From contig JBDHDE010000031.1 of assembly GCA_039591655.1 (NCBI GenBank), forward strand, positions 1-29,448: 29,448 nucleotides of DNA, written 5' to 3'. Source of the DNA: Gemmatimonadota bacterium (GTDB lineage: Bacteria; Gemmatimonadota; Gemmatimonadetes; Gemmatimonadales; GWC2-71-9). A program made the translations under genes and the position numbers. Of the stretch, positions 1 to 8,441 are shown piece after piece. Within the stretch, counting starts at the first letter, position 1. Each line of letters starts with the position of its first letter. The notes beneath the pieces are model-generated. The model saw only the letters and a list, made by a program, of their open reading frames with translations. It had not been told where the DNA came from and ran no database searches.

Positions 1-1
1 C

Positions 2-1333
2 GAGCAGTACGCGAGCGGGGGCGGCGGCGGGTGGAGCTTCGGCGTGAGCCTCGGATGGGGCTGGCCCGGATTCTCGATCGGATGGGGCTGGGGCGGCTGG
101 GGCTGGGGAGGCTGGGGTTGGGGATGGGATTACCCCTACTACTGGTGGCCTCGGTACGGCTACTGCTGCGGGTACTACTACTACCCCTACCCGCACCACT
201 ACTACTACCCGTACTACGGCTATGGCGGCTACGGCTATGGCCGCTACGGATACGGCGGCTACGGCTACTACGGGTACAGGCACTACGGCTACAACCGGTA
301 CGGCTACGAGCGGGTGGGGCTCTCGCGCTACACGTTCAAGTCCCAGCGCGCCAGCTTTGGTGAGGGCGGTATCACGGTGTGGGGGCGCGACCGCGGCGCG
401 GCCACCCGTTACACGTCCGGCAGCGCGACCTCGTTCCGGCGCAGCGCCACGACCAGCGGCCAGCTGACCCGCCGGGCGGCACCGTCCGCTGCCACTGGGG
501 CGCGCCGCACGACACCGTCCAACGTCCAGACGACCGGGCGGCGCACTACGCCGTCCAACGTCCAGACCACCGGACGGCGTGCCGCACCGGACAACGTGCA
601 GACCACCGGGCGCCGCACCACGACCCCGGACCGGACCACGACGGGCCGCCGCGTGCAGCCCGACGGCTGGGGCATTACCGACGGCCGGCGCACCATCCAG
701 ATGCGGGACCAGACGGGAGAGCGCCGCACACCGACCAACCCCAGAGCCACCGAGGGGCGGCGGCAGCCCAGCGCGGCGGACCAGCAGCGGCGCATCCCGG
801 AGCGCGGCGTGCAGCAGGGAGCGGAGAGGCACACGCCCAGCGGTCGCTCACTCGAGCAGCAGGGGCGGCGTGAGACTCCGAGCGCCACGGGCCGGGCTAC
901 CAGCAGCAGGTCCGCCAGCGGTGGCACGCCACGGCGCGCCACGACGCAGCAGCAGCTGCGGCAGTCAGCGACCCAGGAACCCAGGACCGCGACCGGCCAG
1001 CGGCGGACGACGCCGCAGTCTACTGGGCGCGCCGGTCAGGGCAGTCCCAGTCGGCCGAGCTTGGAGCGCCGGGCGGCACCGAACCGTACCGCATCACCGA
1101 GATCCAGCCCCCCTTCGTCGGTACGGACGGCTCCCGCCCGCCGCCCCGCTCCACAGCCCACGGTGCGCGTTCCCAACCGGAGCTCGCGGCCCAGCGCGTC
1201 GCCGGCACCACGGTCCGCACCACGGGCGGCACCACGGTCAGCGCCGCGAGCGGCACCACGATCCGCGCCGCGGTCGGCCCCGCGATCCGCCCCCCGCGCA
1301 CCGCCGCGGCGGTCGTCACCCCGGCGGCCCTGA
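2..1333 (+). CDS. Low-complexity protein, 5'-truncated by the window edge: Gly/Trp/Tyr-rich block followed by a long Arg/Thr/Ser/Pro-rich disordered tail
   Basis: Frame is open from position 2 (EQYASGGGGGWSFGVSLGWG...) to TGA at 1331-1333. Internal repeats are in codon register, and a hairpin follows the stop. No recognisable folded domain in the visible part. Confidence 0.8.
   Translation, partial: EQYASGGGGGWSFGVSLGWGWPGFSIGWGWGGWGWGGWGWGWDYPYYWWPRYGYCCGYYYYPYPHHYYYPYYGYGGYGYGRYGYGGYGYYGYRHYGYNRYGYERVGLSRYTFKSQRASFGEGGITVWGRDRGAATRYTSGSATSFRRSATTSGQLTRRAAPSAATGARRTTPSNVQTTGRRTTPSNVQTTGRRAAPDNVQTTGRRTTTPDRTTTGRRVQPDGWGITDGRRTIQMRDQTGERRTPTNPRATEGRRQPSAADQQRRIPERGVQQGAERHTPSGRSLEQQGRRETPSATGRATSSRSASGGTPRRATTQQQLRQSATQEPRTATGQRRTTPQSTGRAGQGSPSRPSLERRAAPNRTASPRSSPPSSVRTAPARRPAPQPTVRVPNRSSRPSASPAPRSAPRAAPRSAPRAAPRSAPRSAPRSAPRAPPRRSSPRRP
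509..616 (+). repeat. Three tandem 36-nt coding repeats (TTPSNVQTTGRR x2, AAPDNVQTTGRR)
   Basis: Visible in both DNA and translation; synonymous differences between units. Confidence 0.9.
1205..1300 (+). repeat. Eight tandem 12-nt coding repeats encoding APR[S/A]
   Basis: Translation APRS-APRA-APRS-APRA-APRS-APRS-APRS-APRA with degenerate codons. Confidence 0.9.
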
Positions 1334-1341
1334 GCTCATGA

Positions 1342-1370
1342 AGAGGGGAGCCGATTGGCTCCCCTCTCTC
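1342..1370 (+). terminator. Probable intrinsic terminator hairpin
   Basis: Perfect 11-bp stem AGAGGGGAGCC-gatt-GGCTCCCCTCT, 8 nt after the stop codon. Tail is pyrimidine-rich but not poly-U. Confidence 0.65.
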
Positions 1371-1491
1371 GTGCCCCCACCTGGCGAGCGGCCCGGTACG
1401 CCCGTAGGTTTCGGGCGCTGATGCCCCCAAACCTCGCCCGTTCCCGACCGATTCCCATGCACGCGTGCCCCGCGGCGCGTCCGGAGCACTC

Positions 1492-4287
1492 ATGATCGGC
1501 CGCGTGCTCACGTCCCCGCTCATCAAGGTGCTCTTGTACTATGCGCTGCTGGCGGCGGGCGTGGTGCTCCTGGCGCAGCTGTTCCCCGTACTGGAGAGCG
1601 CGTTCTCTCTGGAGCGGTTCCGCTCGCTGATCGGGCTCGGTGACTTTGAAGCGGTTTTGCCCGAGGGCGCCACCACGAGCGCGAGCGGCGGCGGCTTCCT
1701 GGGGCAGCCCAACCCAGGCCTGCGCACCCTCATCGCAGTGGTCGGGGCCCTCATCCTGGTGATCCCCATCGCCTGGGTCTACATGGTCACCAAGCGGGAG
1801 GTCCGCTACGACCAGTCTCTGGTCCACACGATCATCATGCTGCCCATCGCGGTGACGGGCATCGTGATCATCGTGCAGGACTCCATTGCCCTCGCGTTCT
1901 CCCTCGCCGGGATCGTGGCAGCAGTGCGCTTCCGGCACACGCTGCAGGACACCAAGGACGCGGTCTACATCTTCCTCGCAATCGCCGTGGGCCTGGCTGC
2001 GGGGGTGCAGGCACTGACCGTCGCGCTCGTGGTATCCGCCCTCTTCAACGTCGTGGTGCTCGCATTGTGGCGCTTCGACGTGGGCAACATCTATGCGCAG
2101 GAGAGTCTGCCGAGGGAGGGGCGCCGCCCCACACCGCCCTCCCTTCCCAGTCGGCGCGCGGGCTCGGACGTGCTGCAAATCTCGGGCCTGCTCGCGGAGC
2201 AGGCCGGCGCCGCAGCCGAGCAGCCGGCCGACGCCATGCGGCCGGTCATCAACCCCGAGCTCTCCCTGTTGGAGTTCCACTCCCGGGTACTGGCTCTGGC
2301 CGAGGATGCCACCACGCCGCTCATTGCCCGGCTGCGATTCCTCTCGATCTTCAGCTCCAACATCGACGAGTACGTGAGCATCAAGGTGGGCGGCCTCAAG
2401 CAGGCGGTCGCGGAGGGAATCACGAGGCGCTCCATCGATGGCCGGATGCCGCGGGAGCTGCTCCACGCCATCGCCATTCGGCTGCGCGCGCTGATGCGAC
2501 GCCAGTACCGGTGCTTCAACGAGCTGCGAGAGCGATCGCTGCCGCAACACGGCATCCGCATCCGCTCGTGGGACGGTCTCTCCAAGGAGGAGCTGGCCTA
2601 CCTGAAGGGCTACTTCGACGAGCGTGTCTTCCCGATGCTCACGCCCAAGGCGATCACGCAGACGCCGGGGCACCCGTTCCCGTACATCGAGGAGCTCATG
2701 CTCTCCCTCGCGGTTGTGGTCCGCGACCCGCGAACCTCGCGCGACCACTTCGTGCTCCTCGACATCGCGGACGCCATGTCGCGCTTCGTGCAGCTGCCCG
2801 AGAGCAGCGACTTCGTGGCCATCGAGGACCTCATCCGCGCGCACATCGACGCCCTCTACCCCGCCCGCCAGGTCCTCGAGGTACACACCTTCCGGATCAC
2901 CCGGAGCGCCGAGGTCGAGTTCGGCGACGCTACGGCTGACACGTTCCTGGAGGTCGTCGAGGATGAAGTGCAACGCCGGCCGCAGGGCGCCGTGGTTCGG
3001 ATCGAGGTCGAGCGCTCCATGCCCTATGCCATTCGCGATCTCCTGCTGCGGGAGCTGCGCCGCGAGGAGGCGGGTAAGGGTGTCACCATCGAGGCCTCGG
3101 ACATCTATGAGACCGATGGCGTGGTGGACCTCGGCTCGGTCGTGGAACTCACGGATCTCCCCATGCCGGAGCTGGATTACCCGCCGTTCGAGCCGGCCAT
3201 CCCCATCGAGCCGGACCGCTCGGTCTTCGAGGTCCTGGACCAGCGCGATGTGCTGGTGTACCACCCTTACGACTCATTCGAAGCGAGCGTTCAGCGCCTC
3301 ATCGTGGACGCGGCCAGCGACCCGGATGTCGCCTCCATCAAGCTGACGCTCTATCGGCCCGGGGGACCATCCGAGATCGCCGACGCCCTGCTGCAAGCGG
3401 CGGCCGGCGGCAAGGATGTCACGGTGTTCGTCGAAGTGAAGGCGCGGTTCGACGAGGCGCTCAACATCTATTGGGCCAAGCAGCTGGAGCGCGGCGGGAT
3501 CCACATCGTGACCGGCATGGTGAAGCACAAGACCCACTCCAAAGTGGCCCTCGTCGTCCGCCGCGTGGGCGATGAGCTGAAGCGCTATGCGCACGTCGGC
3601 ACCGGCAACTACAACCCGGAAACCGCCTGTCAGTACACCGACCTCGGGCTCCTCACTTCGGATGAGGCCATCTGCTCGGACCTCAGCGTGCTGTTCAACG
3701 AGCTCACCGGCTCGTCGACCCCGCCGGCAGGCAGGTACCAGAGGATCCTGGTATCACCGACCTTCATGCTGCGGCGCTTCCTGGAGCTCATCGAGCGAGA
3801 GGCGGAGCACGCGCGCGCCGGACGGCCGGCTCACATCAGGGCCAAGGTGAACGGCCTGGCCGACGCCGAGATCATCGAGGCGCTGTACCACGCCGGCAAG
3901 GCCGGCGCGCGTGTCGACCTCATCGTGCGCAGCATCTGTGCGCTGCGTCCCGGCATGCCCGACGTCTCCGAGAACATCCGCGTAGTGAGCGCGGTAGGCC
4001 GCTTCCTGGAGCACGCCCGGATCTTCGCGTTCGCCAACGGAGGGGAGCCGGAGTTCTACATCGGCTCGGCGGACTGGCGACCCCGCAACCTCCGCCGCCG
4101 CGTGGAGGTAACGGCCCCCGTGCTCGACCCCGTGGCGTGCGAGCGGTTGGACCGGATCCTGGAGACCGAGTTGCGAGACCCCACTGCATGGCACCTGCAA
4201 ACGGACGGACAGTACCTGCGGGGGAGCGCGCACCAGGGGGCCCGCAGCGCCCAGGACCAACTCCTGGAGCGGGCCACGGAGGCTTGA
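1492..4287 (+). CDS. ppk1: Fusion protein: N-terminal DUF4956-type membrane domain (about 6 hydrophobic segments) plus full-length polyphosphate kinase 1
   Basis: GGAG at 1483-1486 precedes ATG 1492 (alternative GTG 1465). DUF4956-like motif ALAFSLAGIVAAVRFRHTLQDTKDAVYIFLAIAVGLAAG. From about 2236, PPK1 motifs: HPFP, HPYDSF, TLYR, EVKARFDE, KTHSK, HVGTGNYN, GRFLEHAR, GSADW, RNLRRRVE. Confidence 0.9.
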   Translation: MIGRVLTSPLIKVLLYYALLAAGVVLLAQLFPVLESAFSLERFRSLIGLGDFEAVLPEGATTSASGGGFLGQPNPGLRTLIAVVGALILVIPIAWVYMVTKREVRYDQSLVHTIIMLPIAVTGIVIIVQDSIALAFSLAGIVAAVRFRHTLQDTKDAVYIFLAIAVGLAAGVQALTVALVVSALFNVVVLALWRFDVGNIYAQESLPREGRRPTPPSLPSRRAGSDVLQISGLLAEQAGAAAEQPADAMRPVINPELSLLEFHSRVLALAEDATTPLIARLRFLSIFSSNIDEYVSIKVGGLKQAVAEGITRRSIDGRMPRELLHAIAIRLRALMRRQYRCFNELRERSLPQHGIRIRSWDGLSKEELAYLKGYFDERVFPMLTPKAITQTPGHPFPYIEELMLSLAVVVRDPRTSRDHFVLLDIADAMSRFVQLPESSDFVAIEDLIRAHIDALYPARQVLEVHTFRITRSAEVEFGDATADTFLEVVEDEVQRRPQGAVVRIEVERSMPYAIRDLLLRELRREEAGKGVTIEASDIYETDGVVDLGSVVELTDLPMPELDYPPFEPAIPIEPDRSVFEVLDQRDVLVYHPYDSFEASVQRLIVDAASDPDVASIKLTLYRPGGPSEIADALLQAAAGGKDVTVFVEVKARFDEALNIYWAKQLERGGIHIVTGMVKHKTHSKVALVVRRVGDELKRYAHVGTGNYNPETACQYTDLGLLTSDEAICSDLSVLFNELTGSSTPPAGRYQRILVSPTFMLRRFLELIEREAEHARAGRPAHIRAKVNGLADAEIIEALYHAGKAGARVDLIVRSICALRPGMPDVSENIRVVSAVGRFLEHARIFAFANGGEPEFYIGSADWRPRNLRRRVEVTAPVLDPVACERLDRILETELRDPTAWHLQTDGQYLRGSAHQGARSAQDQLLERATEA

Positions 4288-4296
4288 GGGACTCTC

Positions 4297-5757
4297 CTAT
4301 GTCGCCAGGTTGACGTTGAGATAGGCCGGCTCGCCAGTCACCTCACGCTCGACGACCGGTGCCAACCAGGCCGGGAGCTCAACGGACGTGTCGGGAGCGG
4401 GAAGCTCGACCTCCGCGAGCACCAGGTCCCGGTCCAGAAACTCGTCGATTTCCCAGGTCAGCGGCCCGTCGGGTACAAAGTGGCGCCGCTTGCGCAGGCG
4501 TCGTCCTTCGGTGAGGGGCCAGAGCTGCGCGAACAACTCCGCCGTGGTCTCCTCCTCCAGCTCGGTGCGGCTGATGCCAGCACCCAACTTCACGGTGCGG
4601 TAGTGACGGATCTCGACCCCCCGCTGCGCCCGGCGGAGCCGCTCCTGGAGCTTGGCGCCCGGCAGCCATCCCTGCTCGATCTCCGCTGACTCCGCTCCGT
4701 TGACGGCCTCGGGAACAGCCCGCAGCAGGTACTTCCGCTCGACTTCTACGAGGGCACGGCGGTGCTCGGCCAGGATCCGTAGCACGGCCTGGAGCACGCT
4801 GTGCAGCGCCGCCGGTGCGCCGTTGTGCCATTCGGCAGCGAACTGCTGGAACAGCCGGTCCTGGGCTTCCCGACCCAACCGCGCCAGTGTCAGCATCCCC
4901 GGTGTGGCGTTGCGCCGGCGCGCGGCCCGGATCTCCCGCTGGTCCGCAGTGGCCCGCGCCTCCACCTCGTGCAGCCTGCGCACGTGCTCGGCAGCCGCCA
5001 CCTCCCCGGCCGCCGCGAACTCCCGGTCCACCACCTGGGCGTCGCGCAGATCTCCCAACACGGTCTGCAGCGCCTTGAGCCGTTTCACGGCTTCCCGTGA
5101 CGGCTTCACATCCTGCGATACCAACTCGAGCAGGTAGCGCAACCGCTTCGCACGGATCCGCGCCGCGTGCACCGCGACCTCGTCACCGGCGGCGCGGATG
5201 CCGCCGATCAGCTCCTCGAGACCGGCGGCATGATCCTCCACGAGGTCGGCGAGGACGCCGGCGTACGTCGCGACCGACTCCTCGACCGCGCCCCGACCGG
5301 CAGCCTCCGTCAACCATTTGCGGGTACGCCGCTCGAGACGCGGGAACGTCCGCTCGATGGCCTGCCGACTCGCCGCGTACGCGTGGTCGCGACGCTGCTC
5401 CAGCTGTTTGAGAAACCAGGCAGCTCCGACCCGCTGCCCCCGGGTCAGGTGCTCTCGCTGCGACCGCACCCAGAGAATCTGCACCTCGGTGTCCCGCGCC
5501 TCGTTGGTGGCGCGCTGCAGGTCCCGCATACGGCGCCTGAGCTTCTTGGATGGCGGGTCGTCGAGGTACGGGCGGAAGGCCCGCAGCACGCTGCGTAGGC
5601 GACGCAATGCGACCCGGAAATCGTGCAGCGCCTCCGGGTCCTCTGGGTCATCCAATCGCGCCCACGCCGCCTGTGCGTCTTCCAGCAGGGCGACCCCGAT
5701 GGCCCCTACCGCCTCCGGCGGGGAGCGCTCCAGCAGGTTCCGCGGATACTTAGGCAC
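4297..5757 (-). CDS. CHAD domain (N-terminal) plus CYTH/triphosphate tunnel metalloenzyme domain (C-terminal)
   Basis: CHAD motifs EALHDFRVALRRLRS, HAARIRAKRLRY and LQTVLGDLRD. CYTH motifs EVERKYL, IEQGW, TVK, KRR, WEIDEF, LAEVEL and EVTG. GTG start overlaps the end of sixA. Confidence 0.9.
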   Translation of the reverse strand: MPKYPRNLLERSPPEAVGAIGVALLEDAQAAWARLDDPEDPEALHDFRVALRRLRSVLRAFRPYLDDPPSKKLRRRMRDLQRATNEARDTEVQILWVRSQREHLTRGQRVGAAWFLKQLEQRRDHAYAASRQAIERTFPRLERRTRKWLTEAAGRGAVEESVATYAGVLADLVEDHAAGLEELIGGIRAAGDEVAVHAARIRAKRLRYLLELVSQDVKPSREAVKRLKALQTVLGDLRDAQVVDREFAAAGEVAAAEHVRRLHEVEARATADQREIRAARRRNATPGMLTLARLGREAQDRLFQQFAAEWHNGAPAALHSVLQAVLRILAEHRRALVEVERKYLLRAVPEAVNGAESAEIEQGWLPGAKLQERLRRAQRGVEIRHYRTVKLGAGISRTELEEETTAELFAQLWPLTEGRRLRKRRHFVPDGPLTWEIDEFLDRDLVLAEVELPAPDTSVELPAWLAPVVEREVTGEPAYLNVNLAT

Positions 5758-6265
5758 GGGCCCCGCCCAGCAGTCGGAGATGTTTGGGGGCTAGGGACCA
5801 CTTGAGCTGACCACCGCCGCCCTCAGGCTCACCGGAGAAGGTCACGAGGCAGGCCGCGCCCTTCTTCAGCTCGATGAAGGTGTTATCGGAATCGGCCAGG
5901 AGGTAGCACACCAGCCAGCTCAGGTCGGGTTCGTGTCCCACCACTGCCACGGTACCGCTGGCGCCCGTTCCCCGGAGCCACTCCACAATGGCAGGGGGCT
6001 CGGCGCCGGAAGTCAGCGCTCCGACTTCCTCGATGGCAATCCCCCCGTAGGCCTCGGCCACGATCACCGCTGTCTGCCGGGCGCGCACCAGCGGGCTCGA
6101 AGCCAGCAGATCGATCTGTGGCACGACGCGGGCGAGCCCCCGGGCACCCTGCGCCATCTTCTTGCGCCCCTCATCGGTCAGTGGACGCTCGCCGTCGTCC
6201 TGACCCGATCGGGCGAAGGTCTCGCGATCCTCGGCGATGGCGTGCCGCACCACGAGGAGGTCCAT
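5750..6265 (-). CDS. sixA: Phosphohistidine phosphatase SixA
   Basis: RHAIA catalytic motif, RPLT..G, SSPLVRARQTA, VGHEP and LKKG; GGAGG RBS. Confidence 0.9.
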   Translation of the reverse strand: MDLLVVRHAIAEDRETFARSGQDDGERPLTDEGRKKMAQGARGLARVVPQIDLLASSPLVRARQTAVIVAEAYGGIAIEEVGALTSGAEPPAIVEWLRGTGASGTVAVVGHEPDLSWLVCYLLADSDNTFIELKKGAACLVTFSGEPEGGGGQLKWSLAPKHLRLLGGARA

Positions 6266-6277
6266 CCCATCACCTCC

Positions 6278-8437
6278 CTACGTGGGACTCCGCTGCCGTC
6301 CGGCTCCCTCGCGCCGTTGCCGTGTGCTGGGAGGGAACGGCACGCGGTGCTCGCCGCTATCGATAGCCGCCTCACGGGCGAGTCCCTGGAGCATCGTCTG
6401 GGACCGCACCAGTGACTCGTCGTCGGGCGCGCGATGCACGTAGCTGCCATCCGGCCACAGCACGCGCGCCTTGACGTTGTCGGCGAGCGCCATCTCCAGC
6501 ACCTCATCCACGATGCGCTCCCTGAGCCGCCGGTCGACCACGGGGAACATCACTTCGATACGGCGGAAGAAGTTGCGCGGCATCCAGTCGGCGCTCCCCA
6601 GGAAGACCTCGGGATCCCCGGCATTCTCGAAGTAGAACACCCGGGAATGCTCCAGGAACTTGTCCACGATACTGATCACGCGAATGTCGTCGGACACTCC
6701 CGGTAAACCGGGCAGCAGGCAACAGATCCCGCGGATGATGAGGTCGATGGAGACGCCCGCCTGGGAGGCCCGGTACAGGGCGTCGATCACCGAGTGCTCC
6801 ACCAGCGCGTTCATCTTGACGATGATCCGTGCCGGCTTGCCCGCCTCGGCGTGCCGCTGCTCCCGCTCGATGAGGCCCACGATCTGCTCCCGCAGACCCT
6901 CCGGGGCCACCAACATGCCGTGCCACTCGTGCCCCCGGGCGTAGCCGGTCAACAGATTGAACAGCGCCGTCGCGTCCTCGCCGAACTCGGGCTTGGCGGT
7001 GAACAACCCGATATCGGTATACACCCGCGCCGTCACCTCGTTGTAGTTGCCGGTGGAGAGATGGAGATAGCGCCGGATCCCGTCGGGCTCCCGCCGCACC
7101 ACCAACGCCGCCTTGCAGTGCGTCTTGAGACCCACCACCCCGTACACGACGTGAACGCCCGCCTGCTCCAGCTGCCGCGCCCAGTTGATGTTGTTCCGCT
7201 CGTCGGCCCGCGCCTTGAGCTCCACCAGCGCCGTCACCTGCTTGCCGTTCTGCGCCGCGCGGCCCAGGGCCGAGATAATGGCGCTCGGCGCGCTGGTGCG
7301 GTACAGCGCCTGCTTGATGGCCAGCACGTTGGGGTCGTCTGCCGCCCGCTTAATGAACTCCACCACCGCGCCAAACGACTCATAGGGGTGGTGCACCAGA
7401 ACGTCCTGCTGCCTGATGACCTCGAAGATGTCCTCGGCGTGGGCGAACGCCGGCACCGAGCGGGGAACCAGGGGCGCGTCCTTGAGGTGCTCGAATCCCT
7501 CCGCACGGTGCAGGGCCATGAGGCCCGTGAGGTCCATGGGGCCGGTGACCCGATATACGTCGCTGGGATCCAGCTCATGCGCCTCGGTCAGCGAGTCGAG
7601 CAGCATTGCTTCCACCCCGGCCGCTATCTCCAGCCGCACCGGATCGCTCTGCCACCGCTGCTGCAGGCTCTCCTCGATGGTCTCCAACAGGTCCTCGGCC
7701 TGTTCCTCCTGGATCGTGAGGTCCGCGTTGCGGGTCACGCGGAAGACACCGTGACTGATGACCCGGAATCCCTGGAACAGATCCCCGAGGTGGCGCTGGA
7801 TGATGTCCTCGAGGAGGATGTAGCGCAGCTGATCGTCGCTCCGGGATACTACCACCACCCGGTCCAGGACCGACGGGACCTGCACCACCGCCAGGTGCGC
7901 CTGCTCCTCGCCGTTCGACTCCACCCGCAGGGCGATGTTCAGGCTCTTGTGGTGCACGTGGGGGAACGGGTGGCCGGGATCCACTGCCAGGGGAGTCAGG
8001 ACCGGGTGAATGCTCACCCGGTAGAACGTCTCAACGGTATCCCGCTCGTCGGCCGTCAGATCGTCGTACTCCACGCGCACGATGCCCGACGCCTCGAGGG
8101 CGGGAGTGAGCTCTTCCTCCAACAGGCGACGTTGCTCCCCCGCCAGGTCCCGGACCCGCTCATCGATGGCCAGCAGCTGCGCGTCGGGGCCGGAGCCGTC
8201 GGCCCCGTAGTCCTGGGGCTCGACGCCGGCGACGACCTGCTGGTGCAGGCCCGCGACCCGAACCTCGAAGAACTCGTCGAGGTTGGAACTGAAGATCGCG
8301 AGGAACTTGAGGCGCTCGAGCAGGGGATTGCCGGCGTCCGCGGCTTCTTCCAGGACGCGGCCGTTGAACTCGAGCCAGCTCAGCTCACGATTGAGGTAGT
8401 GCTCCGCAGAGTACTGCGGCCCCGGTCGCTTTCCCAT
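6278..8437 (-). CDS. ppk1: Polyphosphate kinase 1 (soluble, conventional size)
   Basis: NRELSWLEFN, SSNLDEFFEVRVAGL, HPFP, HHPYESF, LKTHCK, HLSTGNYN, FLEHSR, GSADWMPRN and RRIE. Confidence 0.95.
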   Translation of the reverse strand: MGKRPGPQYSAEHYLNRELSWLEFNGRVLEEAADAGNPLLERLKFLAIFSSNLDEFFEVRVAGLHQQVVAGVEPQDYGADGSGPDAQLLAIDERVRDLAGEQRRLLEEELTPALEASGIVRVEYDDLTADERDTVETFYRVSIHPVLTPLAVDPGHPFPHVHHKSLNIALRVESNGEEQAHLAVVQVPSVLDRVVVVSRSDDQLRYILLEDIIQRHLGDLFQGFRVISHGVFRVTRNADLTIQEEQAEDLLETIEESLQQRWQSDPVRLEIAAGVEAMLLDSLTEAHELDPSDVYRVTGPMDLTGLMALHRAEGFEHLKDAPLVPRSVPAFAHAEDIFEVIRQQDVLVHHPYESFGAVVEFIKRAADDPNVLAIKQALYRTSAPSAIISALGRAAQNGKQVTALVELKARADERNNINWARQLEQAGVHVVYGVVGLKTHCKAALVVRREPDGIRRYLHLSTGNYNEVTARVYTDIGLFTAKPEFGEDATALFNLLTGYARGHEWHGMLVAPEGLREQIVGLIEREQRHAEAGKPARIIVKMNALVEHSVIDALYRASQAGVSIDLIIRGICCLLPGLPGVSDDIRVISIVDKFLEHSRVFYFENAGDPEVFLGSADWMPRNFFRRIEVMFPVVDRRLRERIVDEVLEMALADNVKARVLWPDGSYVHRAPDDESLVRSQTMLQGLAREAAIDSGEHRVPFPPSTRQRREGAGRQRSPT

Positions 8438-8441
8438 CGCG

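Noticed and set aside
509..616. 36-nt repeats as a possible CRISPR array
   Set aside because: Tandem with no spacers, in codon register with synonymous variation, and no cas genes nearby.
1336..3264. 642-aa minus-strand ORF opposite the DUF4956-PPK1 fusion
   Set aside because: Antisense shadow of a well-supported gene, with no motifs; expected in high-GC DNA.
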